Source: an uncultured archaeon (lineage in GTDB: Archaea > Aenigmatarchaeota > Aenigmatarchaeia > PWEA01 > JAGHBM01). Taken from it: a stretch of 64,000 nt of DNA. Of this stretch, positions 1-9,696 are shown piece after piece; the stretch's first letter is position 1; every line of letters starts with the position of its first letter. The DNA is taken from contig CAZOZN010000003.1 in NCBI GenBank assembly GCA_964584335.1, forward strand, positions 137,688 to 201,687. Direction: 5' to 3'. The position numbers were made by a program, and so were the translations under genes. A model generated the notes under the pieces. The model was not told the origin of the DNA. It made no database searches and saw only the letters and a program-made list of their open reading frames with translations.

Positions 1-25
1 TGAGTATAAGCCCAGTTCAAGAGGG

Positions 26-574
26 ATGAATGTAAAGGGTAAAACAGAATACAAGGATGTATTGTATAAAACACAGATAAAAAGAAATATTTCGGTGGGA
101 GACGGTTACAATATTTCTGGCAAGGAATCTTACGTAGAACATGTCATTTTTTTAAAAGACAAGAAGCAGCCTTTCGTTAAGATAAAATTCGAAGTCTATA
201 ATGATGAGATGAAAAAAAGCGGTGCTAACCTTGTATATGATTTTATAAACGATTTTGATGATTTTGTTGACTCGGGAAAATCACCGGAAAGAAATTTCAC
301 CGAGTATTACTTTTACAAAGACGGTGAATCGTTCAATTGCAACGGAATATTTGACAGGAAGCTAGTAGAATACAATTCTAATAAAGGTGTGTTGCACTTG
401 GATAAGTCTGAAAGAAAGAAATCAGAGAAAATACTTAGATTAACTACAAGCCCTAAAGACAAATCTTTTTTATTAACGACTTGCGATGTCGTCGCCAGTA
501 AAAAATCTGATTATTCTCTTGACCTGAAAAAAATATTAGAACCTTTTATTGATGATTTAAGGGATGTTATTTAA
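26..574 (+). CDS. hypothetical protein (ORFan)
   Basis: 182-aa open frame with a GAGGG purine run before ATG; no recognisable motif. Confidence 0.6.
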   Translation: MNVKGKTEYKDVLYKTQIKRNISVGDGYNISGKESYVEHVIFLKDKKQPFVKIKFEVYNDEMKKSGANLVYDFINDFDDFVDSGKSPERNFTEYYFYKDGESFNCNGIFDRKLVEYNSNKGVLHLDKSERKKSEKILRLTTSPKDKSFLLTTCDVVASKKSDYSLDLKKILEPFIDDLRDVI

Positions 575-590
575 TTAATTTTAGAGCATT

Positions 591-1391
591 TCATATGTTG
601 CTCAAAGCTCTAAGTATAGTCCTTGCTGCAAGACTTGCAGTAGGGTTGTTTATTTTCCTTGAAGAAATCTCCATTATATCCATTCCTATAACTTTTTTCT
701 TAAATACACTATCTATTATCTTGAAGACTTCCTCCGGCTTCATTCCCTTTGGTTCCCTATAACCAGTGTCCGGTGCGTATGCTGGGTCAAAAACATCCAT
801 ATCTATTGTTATGTATACAGGCCCTTCGAGATTTTTTAGGTCATTTTTTATATTAAGTTTTTTATGCATTTTTTCTTCTTGTTCATCCCAGCATCTTATT
901 CCCATCTGGACTATTTTAAAACCTTTGTTTGATGCGTAGTAAGCCCATGTATTATGTGCATATTTTTCTTTATCCCCTCTTACTAAGTCCATATGAGCAT
1001 CAAGCTGTATTATTGTCTTTGGTTTTAAGTATTCTACTATGGGTAGTGTAGTTAGATGTTCTCCGCCCACAAATACTGGGAATATATTTTTGTTTTTTTT
1101 CTTTATAGAATCCAGAGTGTCTTTTATCCTGAAGGAAGTTTCTTCGTAGTCTCCAAGAACGACATCTATATCTCCAATATCACATATTTTTAGTTCTTTG
1201 AATGGGTTTTTTCTTTTTTCTGGAATGTATGTTACTATGTTTTTTAATGCTTCTCTTACGAGAACAGGACCAAATCTTTGATTGCTTACAGCACCTGCTG
1301 TAGAGTCAAATGGTATTCCAATAAAACATACATCCGCATCCTTTAACGGATATTCGGGGACAAAACTTTTGCTAGTATATAATAAATCCAT
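591..1391 (-). CDS. speB: agmatinase / arginase-family ureohydrolase
   Basis: GIPFD, GGEH, DAHxD and DMDVFDPAYAPxTG motifs; directly downstream of aIF-5A as in many archaea; start moved to MDLLY (1391). Confidence 0.85.
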   Translation of the reverse strand: MDLLYTSKSFVPEYPLKDADVCFIGIPFDSTAGAVSNQRFGPVLVREALKNIVTYIPEKRKNPFKELKICDIGDIDVVLGDYEETSFRIKDTLDSIKKKNKNIFPVFVGGEHLTTLPIVEYLKPKTIIQLDAHMDLVRGDKEKYAHNTWAYYASNKGFKIVQMGIRCWDEQEEKMHKKLNIKNDLKNLEGPVYITIDMDVFDPAYAPDTGYREPKGMKPEEVFKIIDSVFKKKVIGMDIMEISSRKINNPTASLAARTILRALSNI

Positions 1392-1432
1392 AAGAAAAAG
1401 TAATAATGTTAAAAATAAAAAGTTTTGTGGGA

Positions 1433-1813
1433 TTAACCCACCAAAATCTTCTTTCCCATAACTTTCCAATATACAATTTCTTTACCTTCTTCTAGATTTC
1501 CTTCAAGTTCTTCGGGAACAGTACATTCAAATGTATCATAATCTTCCATGTCCATCAACTGAACTGAGTTTCCTGAAAGCGATAGAACTTGAGCTCTTTG
1601 TTTTTCTATTATTGGAACATCTACAGTAGAGCCACCGGGTTTTACTATTTCTCTTCTCTTGTTATCTATGAGCCCAACAGCTTCAACTCTTGCCTTGGCA
1701 CCCCCGTGCTTTCCTGGCTTTGAAGTTGATATCTTTAATACTTTGCAGGGTTCGTTGTCAATTATAACATATTTCCCAGGTTTTAAACTTTTTATTCCAG
1801 CTTGTGTCTTCAA
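1433..1813 (-). CDS. eif5a: translation factor aIF-5A
   Basis: Hypusine motif SKPGKHGGAK; TTG start preceded by AGGTGA RBS. Confidence 0.95.
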   Translation of the reverse strand: MKTQAGIKSLKPGKYVIIDNEPCKVLKISTSKPGKHGGAKARVEAVGLIDNKRREIVKPGGSTVDVPIIEKQRAQVLSLSGNSVQLMDMEDYDTFECTVPEELEGNLEEGKEIVYWKVMGKKILVG

Positions 1814-1823
1814 AATTAATCAC

Positions 1824-2027
1824 CTATTTGCTAACAAGTTTTATATCCCTTGCTTTTACAGTTTTTCTGCCGGCATGCCTGGTTGCTACAACAGCATCTT
1901 TAGCTAAGTCATCGGCTATATCTTCTACTATTTCTCTTAGCTCCTCGACCGCTTTATCAGACATCCTTTCAACTCCTGCTTTTTTTGCAATTCTTTTTAA
2001 AGGAGCCAAAGGTAAATTAGCCATCAT
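1824..2027 (-). CDS. archaeal histone (HMf-like single histone fold)
   Basis: [29 protein letters not shown] signature. Confidence 0.95.
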   Translation of the reverse strand: MMANLPLAPLKRIAKKAGVERMSDKAVEELREIVEDIADDLAKDAVVATRHAGRKTVKARDIKLVSK

Positions 2028-2060
2028 ATCACCTCTAAGTTTCTTATATTTTATTAATAT

Positions 2061-3245
2061 TTAAAACAGTTTTTTTGCAATCTTCAATAATCTCGGTTTT
2101 TTAATAAGTATCCTTCCAAGTTTTAAAAGTTTTTTCCCTCTTGTAAATTCTACTATATCCTCCCCGTCAAGCACTTTTGATAAGTAGTTAAAGTCATCAT
2201 CAGATAGCTTTTCAACAACTTCTCTAAGTCTCTGAACTTTTTCAAGTGCTAGACCCCTTTTCGACCACCAAATATTATTATATTCTGATAGGTTATCTTT
2301 TGAGAAGTCGTTGTCCTTTAAAGCTTTTATTATAACATCTCCTGCTATTTGGCCTGCAATCGTTGCTTCTTTCAATCCGCCACCGTGTATTGGATTTACT
2401 TGATGTGCAGCGTCTCCCACAGCAATGAATCCGTTCAGTACCATATTATTCAGGAAGCCTCCTACAGGTATACCACCAGAATTAACTTCTATTATGCTTG
2501 AATTCTTGAATATCTTTGGGTTTTTTTCTATGAACTTATCAAGATAGTATTTTGCAGTTTTGTTTGCCATTCCTATTCCAATACCAACATTTGCTATATG
2601 GTCTCCTTTAGGGAATATCCAAACGTAACCTCTTGGAGCTATCTCATTGCCCATGTATATTTCAATATTTTCATTATTGTTTAGTTTGAGATTGGACATC
2701 TCATATTGAAATCCAGAATCAACATTAATTAGTTGGTTTGTGGTATCTAATCCTGCTTTTCTGGATATTATTGATTCTACTCCGTCAGCAGCAACGACTA
2801 TCTTTGATTTTACTTCCTTTTCCTCTCCTTCAAATTCGACAACAACACCTTTTATGTAATCATTTTTCTTTATTACATCTTTTACTTCTGTTTTTGCCTG
2901 AACGTATACACCCGCTTTCGATGCTCTGTAAGCTAACCATTTATCAAATACCTTTCTCTCAAGAACATATCCTCCATGGTCTCCAAAATCTATATCAACC
3001 GCATTCCCGTTCGGTGCGTAAACTACAGCTCCTTTTATGGTCTGTGCCACGCACCTTTTATCTATTTCTCCCAACAATTTTTCTGTTGAGAATGTCAGTC
3101 CTTCTGCGCACCTTTTTGGTGAACCTATCTCTTGTTTTTTCTCTAACATCAATACTTTAAAACCTGACTCTGCACATTTTTTTGCAACTGCGGAACCTCC
3201 GGGACCTGCGCCTACTACAACAACATCGTAACTACTATCCATCAT
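2061..3245 (-). CDS. digeranylgeranylglycerophospholipid (geranylgeranyl) reductase
   Basis: GAGPGG FAD motif, PKRCAEG, RKVFDKWL, PRGYVWIFPK, GDAA..NPIHGGG. Confidence 0.88.
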   Translation of the reverse strand: MMDSSYDVVVVGAGPGGSAVAKKCAESGFKVLMLEKKQEIGSPKRCAEGLTFSTEKLLGEIDKRCVAQTIKGAVVYAPNGNAVDIDFGDHGGYVLERKVFDKWLAYRASKAGVYVQAKTEVKDVIKKNDYIKGVVVEFEGEEKEVKSKIVVAADGVESIISRKAGLDTTNQLINVDSGFQYEMSNLKLNNNENIEIYMGNEIAPRGYVWIFPKGDHIANVGIGIGMANKTAKYYLDKFIEKNPKIFKNSSIIEVNSGGIPVGGFLNNMVLNGFIAVGDAAHQVNPIHGGGLKEATIAGQIAGDVIIKALKDNDFSKDNLSEYNNIWWSKRGLALEKVQRLREVVEKLSDDDFNYLSKVLDGEDIVEFTRGKKLLKLGRILIKKPRLLKIAKKLF

Positions 3246-3251
3246 TATAAA

Positions 3252-3425
3252 TCACTTTTTAACTTTTATGGCGCCAACCGGGCATACTTTTTCACAAAGT
3301 CCACATTCTATGCAAAGTTTCTTGTCATGCGATAAACCTGACTCTTTTAATTCTAATGCTCTTTTTGGACAAACACCGACACATGCCCCGCATCTCAGAC
3401 ACTTACTTCTGTCTATTTCCCACAT
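3252..3425 (-). CDS. 2x[4Fe-4S] ferredoxin
   Basis: Two CxxCxxCxxxCP motifs; immediately upstream of the geranylgeranyl reductase. Confidence 0.9.
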   Translation of the reverse strand: MWEIDRSKCLRCGACVGVCPKRALELKESGLSHDKKLCIECGLCEKVCPVGAIKVKK

Positions 3426-3482
3426 ACCTATCAACCATATTTTTTTATTAATTTATTTAAATTTAAATTGATTTCTAAACTT

Positions 3483-4790
3483 TTAAGGAGTTAATCTTTC
3501 TGTATCTCTTGGAAATAGAACAGCTTCTCTTATGTTCTTTAAATCTAAAATATACATAACAAATCTATCAATTCCAAGGCCGAATCCACCATGAGGAGGA
3601 GCACCGAATCTGAAAGGGTATGTATAATATTCAAAATCCTTCACATTCAGATTTTTTTCTTTTATTTGTTTTATTAGCTCTTTGTACCTATGTTCCCTTT
3701 GACTCCCGCTTGTCAATTCCTGTCCCTTATATTCTAAGTCGGCGCCTCTTCCACATTTCCCATCTCTCATCCAATAGAATTTGCATACTTCAAGATTCCA
3801 TGGAAATTTTGTAATAAAATAGAAATCGGAACTGTATTTTTCTTTTATTATTTTACCCAATTTCTTTTCCTCTTTTATTCCTATGTCTTCACCTTCTTTT
3901 ACATCTTCACCTGCTTCCTTTAAAAATTCCAAGGCTTCTTCATAACTTACTCTTGGAAAGGGTGTTTTTGGAGTCTCAATTTTTATATCTAATTTTTCTA
4001 GTTCTTTTTTGCAATTTTTGTTTATTTCTTTTATAACATGACTTACAAGATTCTCCTGTACTTCTAGAATATCTCCTTCGTCTTCTATAAAGGCTAATTC
4101 TACATCAAGCTGTGTAAATTCTGATATATGCCTTCTTGTATGTGACTTTTCTGCCCTGAAACTCGGACCAATTTCATATACCCTATCAAATCCTGCTATT
4201 AACATTGTTTGTTTGTAAAGCTGTTGGCTTTGTGATAGGTATGCCTTTTTACCAAAATAATCAAGATTAAAAAGACTTGAACCCCCTTCTGCTCCCGCAC
4301 CCACAATTTTAGGTGTTTGCATTTCGATAAAATTGTTTTTTTCTAAATATTCTCTGATAGCTGTGCATATTTTGTCCCTTATTTTGAAAATTGCGGCAAT
4401 CTTGGGATTCCTCAAATCAATGAATCTATTGTCCAGTCTTTTGTCAAGGTTAGTTTCTATTTTACCGGAGAAATCTATTGGAAGTGGAGTTTCTGCTTCT
4501 GAGAGCACCTTGAGTTTTTTTGGTATTATTTCTATCCCGCCTGGAGCTTCCTTGTTTGTTTTCACTTCTCCACATATTTCTAAAACACTTTCTCTGTTTA
4601 TGTTTTCTATTTTTTCCAGTATCTCTTTTTTAACTTCTCCTTTTTTGATTATTACCTGGGCTTCTCCGGACACGTCTCTAATTATTAGAAAGTTTAGCTT
4701 CCCAAATTTTCTTATTTCTCTTACCCATCCTGATATCTTTACTTCTGTTTTATTCTTTTTGGGAATATCCCCGTTAAGAATTCTTCTCAA
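3483..4790 (-). CDS. aspS: aspartyl-tRNA synthetase, archaeal type (probably non-discriminating)
   Basis: OB-fold N-terminus, LSQSQQLYKQ, FRAEKS, GAPPHGGFGLGIDR; APGG loop typical of non-discriminating enzymes. Confidence 0.93.
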   Translation of the reverse strand: MRRILNGDIPKKNKTEVKISGWVREIRKFGKLNFLIIRDVSGEAQVIIKKGEVKKEILEKIENINRESVLEICGEVKTNKEAPGGIEIIPKKLKVLSEAETPLPIDFSGKIETNLDKRLDNRFIDLRNPKIAAIFKIRDKICTAIREYLEKNNFIEMQTPKIVGAGAEGGSSLFNLDYFGKKAYLSQSQQLYKQTMLIAGFDRVYEIGPSFRAEKSHTRRHISEFTQLDVELAFIEDEGDILEVQENLVSHVIKEINKNCKKELEKLDIKIETPKTPFPRVSYEEALEFLKEAGEDVKEGEDIGIKEEKKLGKIIKEKYSSDFYFITKFPWNLEVCKFYWMRDGKCGRGADLEYKGQELTSGSQREHRYKELIKQIKEKNLNVKDFEYYTYPFRFGAPPHGGFGLGIDRFVMYILDLKNIREAVLFPRDTERLTP

Positions 4791-4792
4791 GT

Positions 4793-5041
4793 TTACACCC
4801 CTAAATTATATAAAATAGTCCAAGAAACTACCCATATTATTATGTATACAAAGCCTCCGTTTCCAAACCACCATTTGGCTTTTTCTTCTCCCCACATCTT
4901 GCCTAGTATTTTTGGAAGGATAAATAATATCAATATTGCTATGGCCAGTCCAATTCTACTGTCTTTTATAATTGATGATAATACCCCTGTGAAAATTCCT
5001 GCTACAATATAGGTTGAAAATGACTTATTTTCCTTTTTCAT
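4793..5041 (-). CDS. small 3-TM membrane protein (possibly archaeal EMC6-like)
   Basis: Three hydrophobic segments, C-terminal WxxxWTILYN; co-oriented with aspS. Confidence 0.55.
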   Translation of the reverse strand: MKKENKSFSTYIVAGIFTGVLSSIIKDSRIGLAIAILILFILPKILGKMWGEEKAKWWFGNGGFVYIIIWVVSWTILYNLGV

Positions 5042-5073
5042 AAGACAATTTATTTAAATAATCATTTAAATAT

Positions 5074-5640
5074 ATGACTTGCATGAATGGTAAAAAACTG
5101 GTTTTTGTTTGTGTATTTTTTGTAATGTTCTTTGTTTTTTCATATTCAGCGGAAGCTTCATATGACGATATAGTTACTTTGACTGTTGGTGAAATGGGTG
5201 GTACATGGATTGAGGTTGATAGTGACAGCAATAAAATGGACGTTTTAGAATTGGAGGGTTCTGTTCGCGGAGTTCCGTATTACGAGGACTGGACAAAGTT
5301 CTCTTTTACTTGTACAGAGAGCGTGGGTTTCTGTGATGACATGCTAGATAGCAGGAGAAAGTATATCAGGGAGATACAATTAACCCCTGACGTGAATAAA
5401 ACAAGGTTTTATGTTAATATAGTTGGTTACAAGTTGTCTCCGCTTGGTTTTACAAATATAACCATAGATAAATATTCCGTTGTTAATGAAAGCAGGCCCG
5501 TAGAAACCATAAACATAGGTTTAGTTGTTAACTCTTCACCAGGTTCTTTTGAGCCCTCAGAACTTGCTGGAATAGAAATATATTATTTACCCATTATGTT
5601 ATTTTTTTCATTACTGTTTTTTTACAGAAAACTGGCTTAA
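5074..5640 (+). CDS. secreted/surface protein with C-terminal TM anchor
   Basis: N-terminal signal peptide (KKLVFV...SAEA); C-terminal hydrophobic helix followed by RK. Confidence 0.7.
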   Translation: MTCMNGKKLVFVCVFFVMFFVFSYSAEASYDDIVTLTVGEMGGTWIEVDSDSNKMDVLELEGSVRGVPYYEDWTKFSFTCTESVGFCDDMLDSRRKYIREIQLTPDVNKTRFYVNIVGYKLSPLGFTNITIDKYSVVNESRPVETINIGLVVNSSPGSFEPSELAGIEIYYLPIMLFFSLLFFYRKLA

Positions 5641-6288
5641 ACTGCTTTGATTTTTTTCTCCTTTAACTCTTTTTGAAGTTGACCAGCTCTTTCTTACAAA
5701 TTCCGGGTACTCACCGAATTTTTTGAGTATTCTCTTTAGAAAATCTATTGTTCTATCGTCTGAAGGATAACCCGCTCCTATCTCCTCTCCGAGCTTTTTT
5801 TCCAGATTTTTTATTGAAAGGTCTCTAACTACTTTAGCTAGAATGCTGGCAGAAGAAACAGTCGGGTATTTACTATCAGCATAATTCTCTGATATAATTT
5901 CTATTTTCAAATCCCCTATTTTGCCCATGATTTCGTTCTTTATTTTTTTGGTGTTCGCCTCGGGAGAATCCACAATAACCTTGTCGGGTTTCATAGTTTT
6001 TATGATAGAAGACATGTGGTCTATCTCAAGCCTGTTTAAGTTTGTTCCCTGTGCCCTTGATTCGTCTATTTTTTTTGCTGGTATTTTTATTACTACAAAA
6101 TCTAAAGCAAGCTCCTTTATCTTCTTTTCCAGTTCCTCTCTTCTAGCAGGTGAAAGCTCTTTGCTGTCTCTGACTTCAAGTGCCTTGAGCTTCGGAATAT
6201 CGTGCTCGTTAAACATCGCACCTGCTATTACAAGAGGGCCCACTACTGCTCCTCTTCCAGCTTCATCTATACCGAGTATTTTTTTCAT
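5611..6288 (-). CDS. rnhB: ribonuclease HII
   Basis: GIDEAGRG, DSK, ASILAKVxRD, GYPSD; C-terminal PIP box QSSLSQF. Confidence 0.95.
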   Translation of the reverse strand: MKKILGIDEAGRGAVVGPLVIAGAMFNEHDIPKLKALEVRDSKELSPARREELEKKIKELALDFVVIKIPAKKIDESRAQGTNLNRLEIDHMSSIIKTMKPDKVIVDSPEANTKKIKNEIMGKIGDLKIEIISENYADSKYPTVSSASILAKVVRDLSIKNLEKKLGEEIGAGYPSDDRTIDFLKRILKKFGEYPEFVRKSWSTSKRVKGEKNQSSLSQFSVKKQ

Positions 6289-6427
6289 TTTTATCAATTA
6301 TATATTATTATTCTGTTTATTCATAAGTTTAGAAATACCATAAAAACCAATTTCCGTATTTTTTTATTTTTTTGTGTAAAAATTATGCTTGTCAAATAAT
6401 ATATAATTGAGGTTTCTTTATTCTTAC

Positions 6428-6637
6428 ATGAAGGAAAAATACCTAGAGGAATTGGGTTTTTGCATGAAGCTCTGGGAAGAGAAAGGTGGTTGTGAATTCG
6501 GTGGAGGGACTAAGTGCGAGAAATGTGCGGTTCCCTATCTCCTGCTTAAATTAATTTCAGGAGAAATTTTGCACGGCGACATGAAAAGGCTCACTCTGGA
6601 AGACTGGAAAGAAAAAATCAGTTCTTTAAAAGATTAA
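6428..6637 (+). CDS. small Cys-rich hypothetical protein
   Basis: FCxxxW..GCxFG..KCxxC pattern; possible metal binding. Confidence 0.55.
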   Translation: MKEKYLEELGFCMKLWEEKGGCEFGGGTKCEKCAVPYLLLKLISGEILHGDMKRLTLEDWKEKISSLKD

Positions 6638-6642
6638 ATTTT

Positions 6643-6825
6643 TTATTTTATTCTGTAAAATATTATTATAAAAGATATTGTTCCAATCAGAAGGCCCGCT
6701 GGAATACCAACAAAAACAGAGAAACCCACATCGTTTCTTAGCATTTCCGTTACTGATATCATAGTGATTAGAAATATTAAAACCGGAATGATTATCAATA
6801 ATAATATTTTTTTCATTTTTATCAC
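6643..6825 (-). CDS. small 2-TM membrane protein
   Basis: Two hydrophobic segments; overlaps the stop of the upstream methyltransferase. Confidence 0.5.
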   Translation of the reverse strand: MIKMKKILLLIIIPVLIFLITMISVTEMLRNDVGFSVFVGIPAGLLIGTISFIIIFYRIK

Positions 6826-7628
6826 TTTTTTGCAACAGCGTAGGAGTCCCTGACTTGACGTTCAATTTCAGAGAATCCTGCCTTTTTAATCCTCTTTATG
6901 ACTTCTGCTCCAAAATCTCTCCCTCTTTTTATGTGATGTTTAGGAAGGTAATGGTATATTTTGCCTCCTTTTCTTATAATCCTAAAGGCCTCTTTATAAT
7001 TTCTGAGCGAAAAAAATTCACCGGAAGACTTTGGTGTGCCCGGGTCGAATATTGCGTAGTCAAATTCATCTTTTCTCATTTTTTTCATTTCCTTTGTTAT
7101 GTCCCCTATTTTTAGTTTAATATTTTTTTTACGGAACAACTTCTTTGAGTATGGATTTAACTTTGCTATTTCTATTACGTTTTTATCAATTTCAAATGTA
7201 AAGACTTCTTTGGCTGTTCTTGATGCTGCTATGGCAGTATAACCCAGTCCAGTTCCAGAATCAATAACCTTCCCTCTTAGTTTTTCTTTTTCAATTCTTT
7301 CTACAAAGGCTTTTTTGTGCATTGATGTGCCAGATATTTGTAGTATTGGTCTGTAACTTGTAGGCACCAACTTGTAAAGGGATTTAGTATCGTCTGAGAA
7401 GTACTGTACTTTTTCTATCTTTCCGTTTACAGGAATATAACAACTCTTGTCATCTTTTCTTATTTTCTTGGTCTTTATTTTATTTTCCCCTATTATGAAC
7501 CCTTCTTTTAATAAACTAATTCTTGTCTTGGTTTTACCTAAATCGAGTGAGACTTCTAAACTATTATATTCCTTTTTAATGTTTTCGTTTATCTTTCTGA
7601 TTGTCTTTGAACTCAAAATTGGTATCAT
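6822..7628 (-). CDS. SAM-dependent methyltransferase (COG2521-like archaeal family)
   Basis: VIDSGTGLGYTAI, TFEIDKNV..AKLNPYS, FDP..SGEFFS. Confidence 0.75.
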   Translation of the reverse strand: MIPILSSKTIRKINENIKKEYNSLEVSLDLGKTKTRISLLKEGFIIGENKIKTKKIRKDDKSCYIPVNGKIEKVQYFSDDTKSLYKLVPTSYRPILQISGTSMHKKAFVERIEKEKLRGKVIDSGTGLGYTAIAASRTAKEVFTFEIDKNVIEIAKLNPYSKKLFRKKNIKLKIGDITKEMKKMRKDEFDYAIFDPGTPKSSGEFFSLRNYKEAFRIIRKGGKIYHYLPKHHIKRGRDFGAEVIKRIKKAGFSEIERQVRDSYAVAKK

Positions 7629-7649
7629 AAAAATCTCTTTATAGTTATC

Positions 7650-7991
7650 CTAGTAAATTAAGGCACCTAAAATTACAAATGTATATGAAAATACCCAGGC
7701 CATGTTACAAACTACTATCAGTTTATCCTTGTGGGATAGGCCATACAAAACCCATAATATAGCAGGGAAGAGGAATAGAAACCAAGATGATAAGGCTATT
7801 GATGAAGCGTTTTTTTCTAGATATATTTTCAATATTTGAGGTATCATCATAAAAGGCCCCAACAATGCTACAGGGTACATTATTTTATCGAGAAAACATT
7901 TCCACTTATCGGGATGGGGATATTTTTCGTGTTTTAAATGTATTCTTTTTCTTTTATGAAGATGATGATTTCCGTCGTTAAAGTGAACCAT
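7650..7991 (-). CDS. SemiSWEET / PQ-loop (MtN3) family transporter
   Basis: IPQILKI PQ motif, three TM helices, W..YG; His-rich N-terminus. Confidence 0.75.
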   Translation of the reverse strand: MVHFNDGNHHLHKRKRIHLKHEKYPHPDKWKCFLDKIMYPVALLGPFMMIPQILKIYLEKNASSIALSSWFLFLFPAILWVLYGLSHKDKLIVVCNMAWVFSYTFVILGALIY

Positions 7992-8042
7992 AATTAAACT
8001 CTTTTTGTTTTGTTTATAATACTAACGTTTTTTTATATCAGT

Positions 8043-9659
8043 CTATTTTTCTAATTTTTCAACTATTTCATCCAGGTCTTTTTCTCTAATAGTATTTTCA
8101 TCTGATATTTCTTCTATCATTTCTCTTAGCTTGGTGTCGTTTATTATTTTTTTGTAAGGCATTCTAACTTCTCTATGAACTAGTACGGGAAGACAGTACT
8201 CATTGCTTCTAAATTCAGTCAAACCGAAACCCTCTGCCTCGACCTTGGGCATCTTATCATAAGAGACTTCCAATTCAACAGGTTTATAACCAGCGTTGAT
8301 GTAAGCTATTTGTTTTGAACCGTTTGTAGTTCTTTGTATAGGAACAAATATTGATACGTTTCTTTTTAAGTCAGGGTCTTCTTCGGAATTTTTTATCCAT
8401 CTTTTTGCATTTTTTATAGGTTCCTGCACATCCTCCTCTTCATATTCCAAGTGTATAGAATCTTTTGAGATTAGTGAAAGACCTTTAAGTATTGATTTAA
8501 TTTCTTTGAAATCTTCTTTTATTTTATTTTTGGATTTTTTTTCTCTGCTAATCATTCTCTTTCTTTCCATTACTTCTGGTACATAATTCTCTATTGTTTT
8601 TTCTATAAAGTTTATGTTTTTCTCCATTCTCTCATAGGATGTTGATAAAGGTTCTACTTCTAGTTCAGGCCTTATTATTATTTTTGGTGTGTAGTTTGAC
8701 ATACTGCAACCTATAAGTGCTGTTCTAAAGTTGCTGTGGCCAACATGCGTATGTCTTGTTCCAGCCCACTGAGAAGTAAATTCGTTTTCTAACATATCTG
8801 AATATTTTTCGTTTACTATGTATTTTTCGTATTCTTCGCTATCTTTTTTTATTAGAGGAATTATTTCATTCATCTGCCTTACGTAAAGACCGGATTTTTC
8901 ATTAGGAGTAAAATCTACTTTTCCTTCTTTTATACCTTTTACGAGAGCTTTGCCCAATCCTTCCGGAATGTCACTTTGAGATTTGTCTGAAAGTTCCATA
9001 AAGAATTCTTCGTCAGGAAGCTTTGAAGACGGGAATAGGCAGTCTTCTTCTTTAATTTCGCCTGTCATTTTAGAGTAAATTCCCTTTAAAGAATAATAAG
9101 TGTGTTTTAATTCCGGCGAAGAATCTATTTTCCGATGTAGATCATGTATTATTTTTTTGTTTATTCTTTCATCTAAGTTTTCAACAACAAAGCTAGGTTC
9201 GCTACCAAGAATTTTTATCTGCTTGTATGCTGATTTCAATTCTTCAGTCCAGTCATAGAATGCCTGTGGGACCGACCAACTGGGTTCTCTTCTGGCTTTA
9301 TGATGAATCAATGATGTATTTATATAATCTTTTGAATAACCATCCGAAACTTTTTCTAATTTTGTTAAAAAATCCGGCCTTGATAAGTCATGTCCGTTTT
9401 CATTTATTCTTTCTTCAACTGCGGCATAAATACCATCGATGAAATTTTTTACTTTTGCATATCTTATCAGTGAAAGAGAAGGAATAACTTCGTCATATTT
9501 CATCATATCTGACGGATTTGTGTAAATCAATTCATCATTTTCATAGTAACCGCTGTGATTGATTTCTTCCGGTACCTCTGCAAGTATGGTTGCATTTCTT
9601 CCGTCAATTTTAATTTTTGTGCCATCAATTTTCCTTTCTACTATTCCCTTACCTCTCAT
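8043..9659 (-). CDS. large hypothetical protein, DUF3160-like
   Basis: PQAFYDWTEELK, QWAGTRH and LEVEP..SYERM resemble DUF3160 motifs recalled from memory; not searched. Confidence 0.45.
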   Translation of the reverse strand: MRGKGIVERKIDGTKIKIDGRNATILAEVPEEINHSGYYENDELIYTNPSDMMKYDEVIPSLSLIRYAKVKNFIDGIYAAVEERINENGHDLSRPDFLTKLEKVSDGYSKDYINTSLIHHKARREPSWSVPQAFYDWTEELKSAYKQIKILGSEPSFVVENLDERINKKIIHDLHRKIDSSPELKHTYYSLKGIYSKMTGEIKEEDCLFPSSKLPDEEFFMELSDKSQSDIPEGLGKALVKGIKEGKVDFTPNEKSGLYVRQMNEIIPLIKKDSEEYEKYIVNEKYSDMLENEFTSQWAGTRHTHVGHSNFRTALIGCSMSNYTPKIIIRPELEVEPLSTSYERMEKNINFIEKTIENYVPEVMERKRMISREKKSKNKIKEDFKEIKSILKGLSLISKDSIHLEYEEEDVQEPIKNAKRWIKNSEEDPDLKRNVSIFVPIQRTTNGSKQIAYINAGYKPVELEVSYDKMPKVEAEGFGLTEFRSNEYCLPVLVHREVRMPYKKIINDTKLREMIEEISDENTIREKDLDEIVEKLEK

Positions 9660-9696
9660 AAATAGTAATTGATTGTAAAATTATTTAACTATAAAA

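Noticed and set aside
6407-9696. Possible integrated element at the tRNA-iMet 3' end
   Set aside because: No integrase, no duplicated tRNA 3' end (att site) seen, no viral or plasmid hallmark genes
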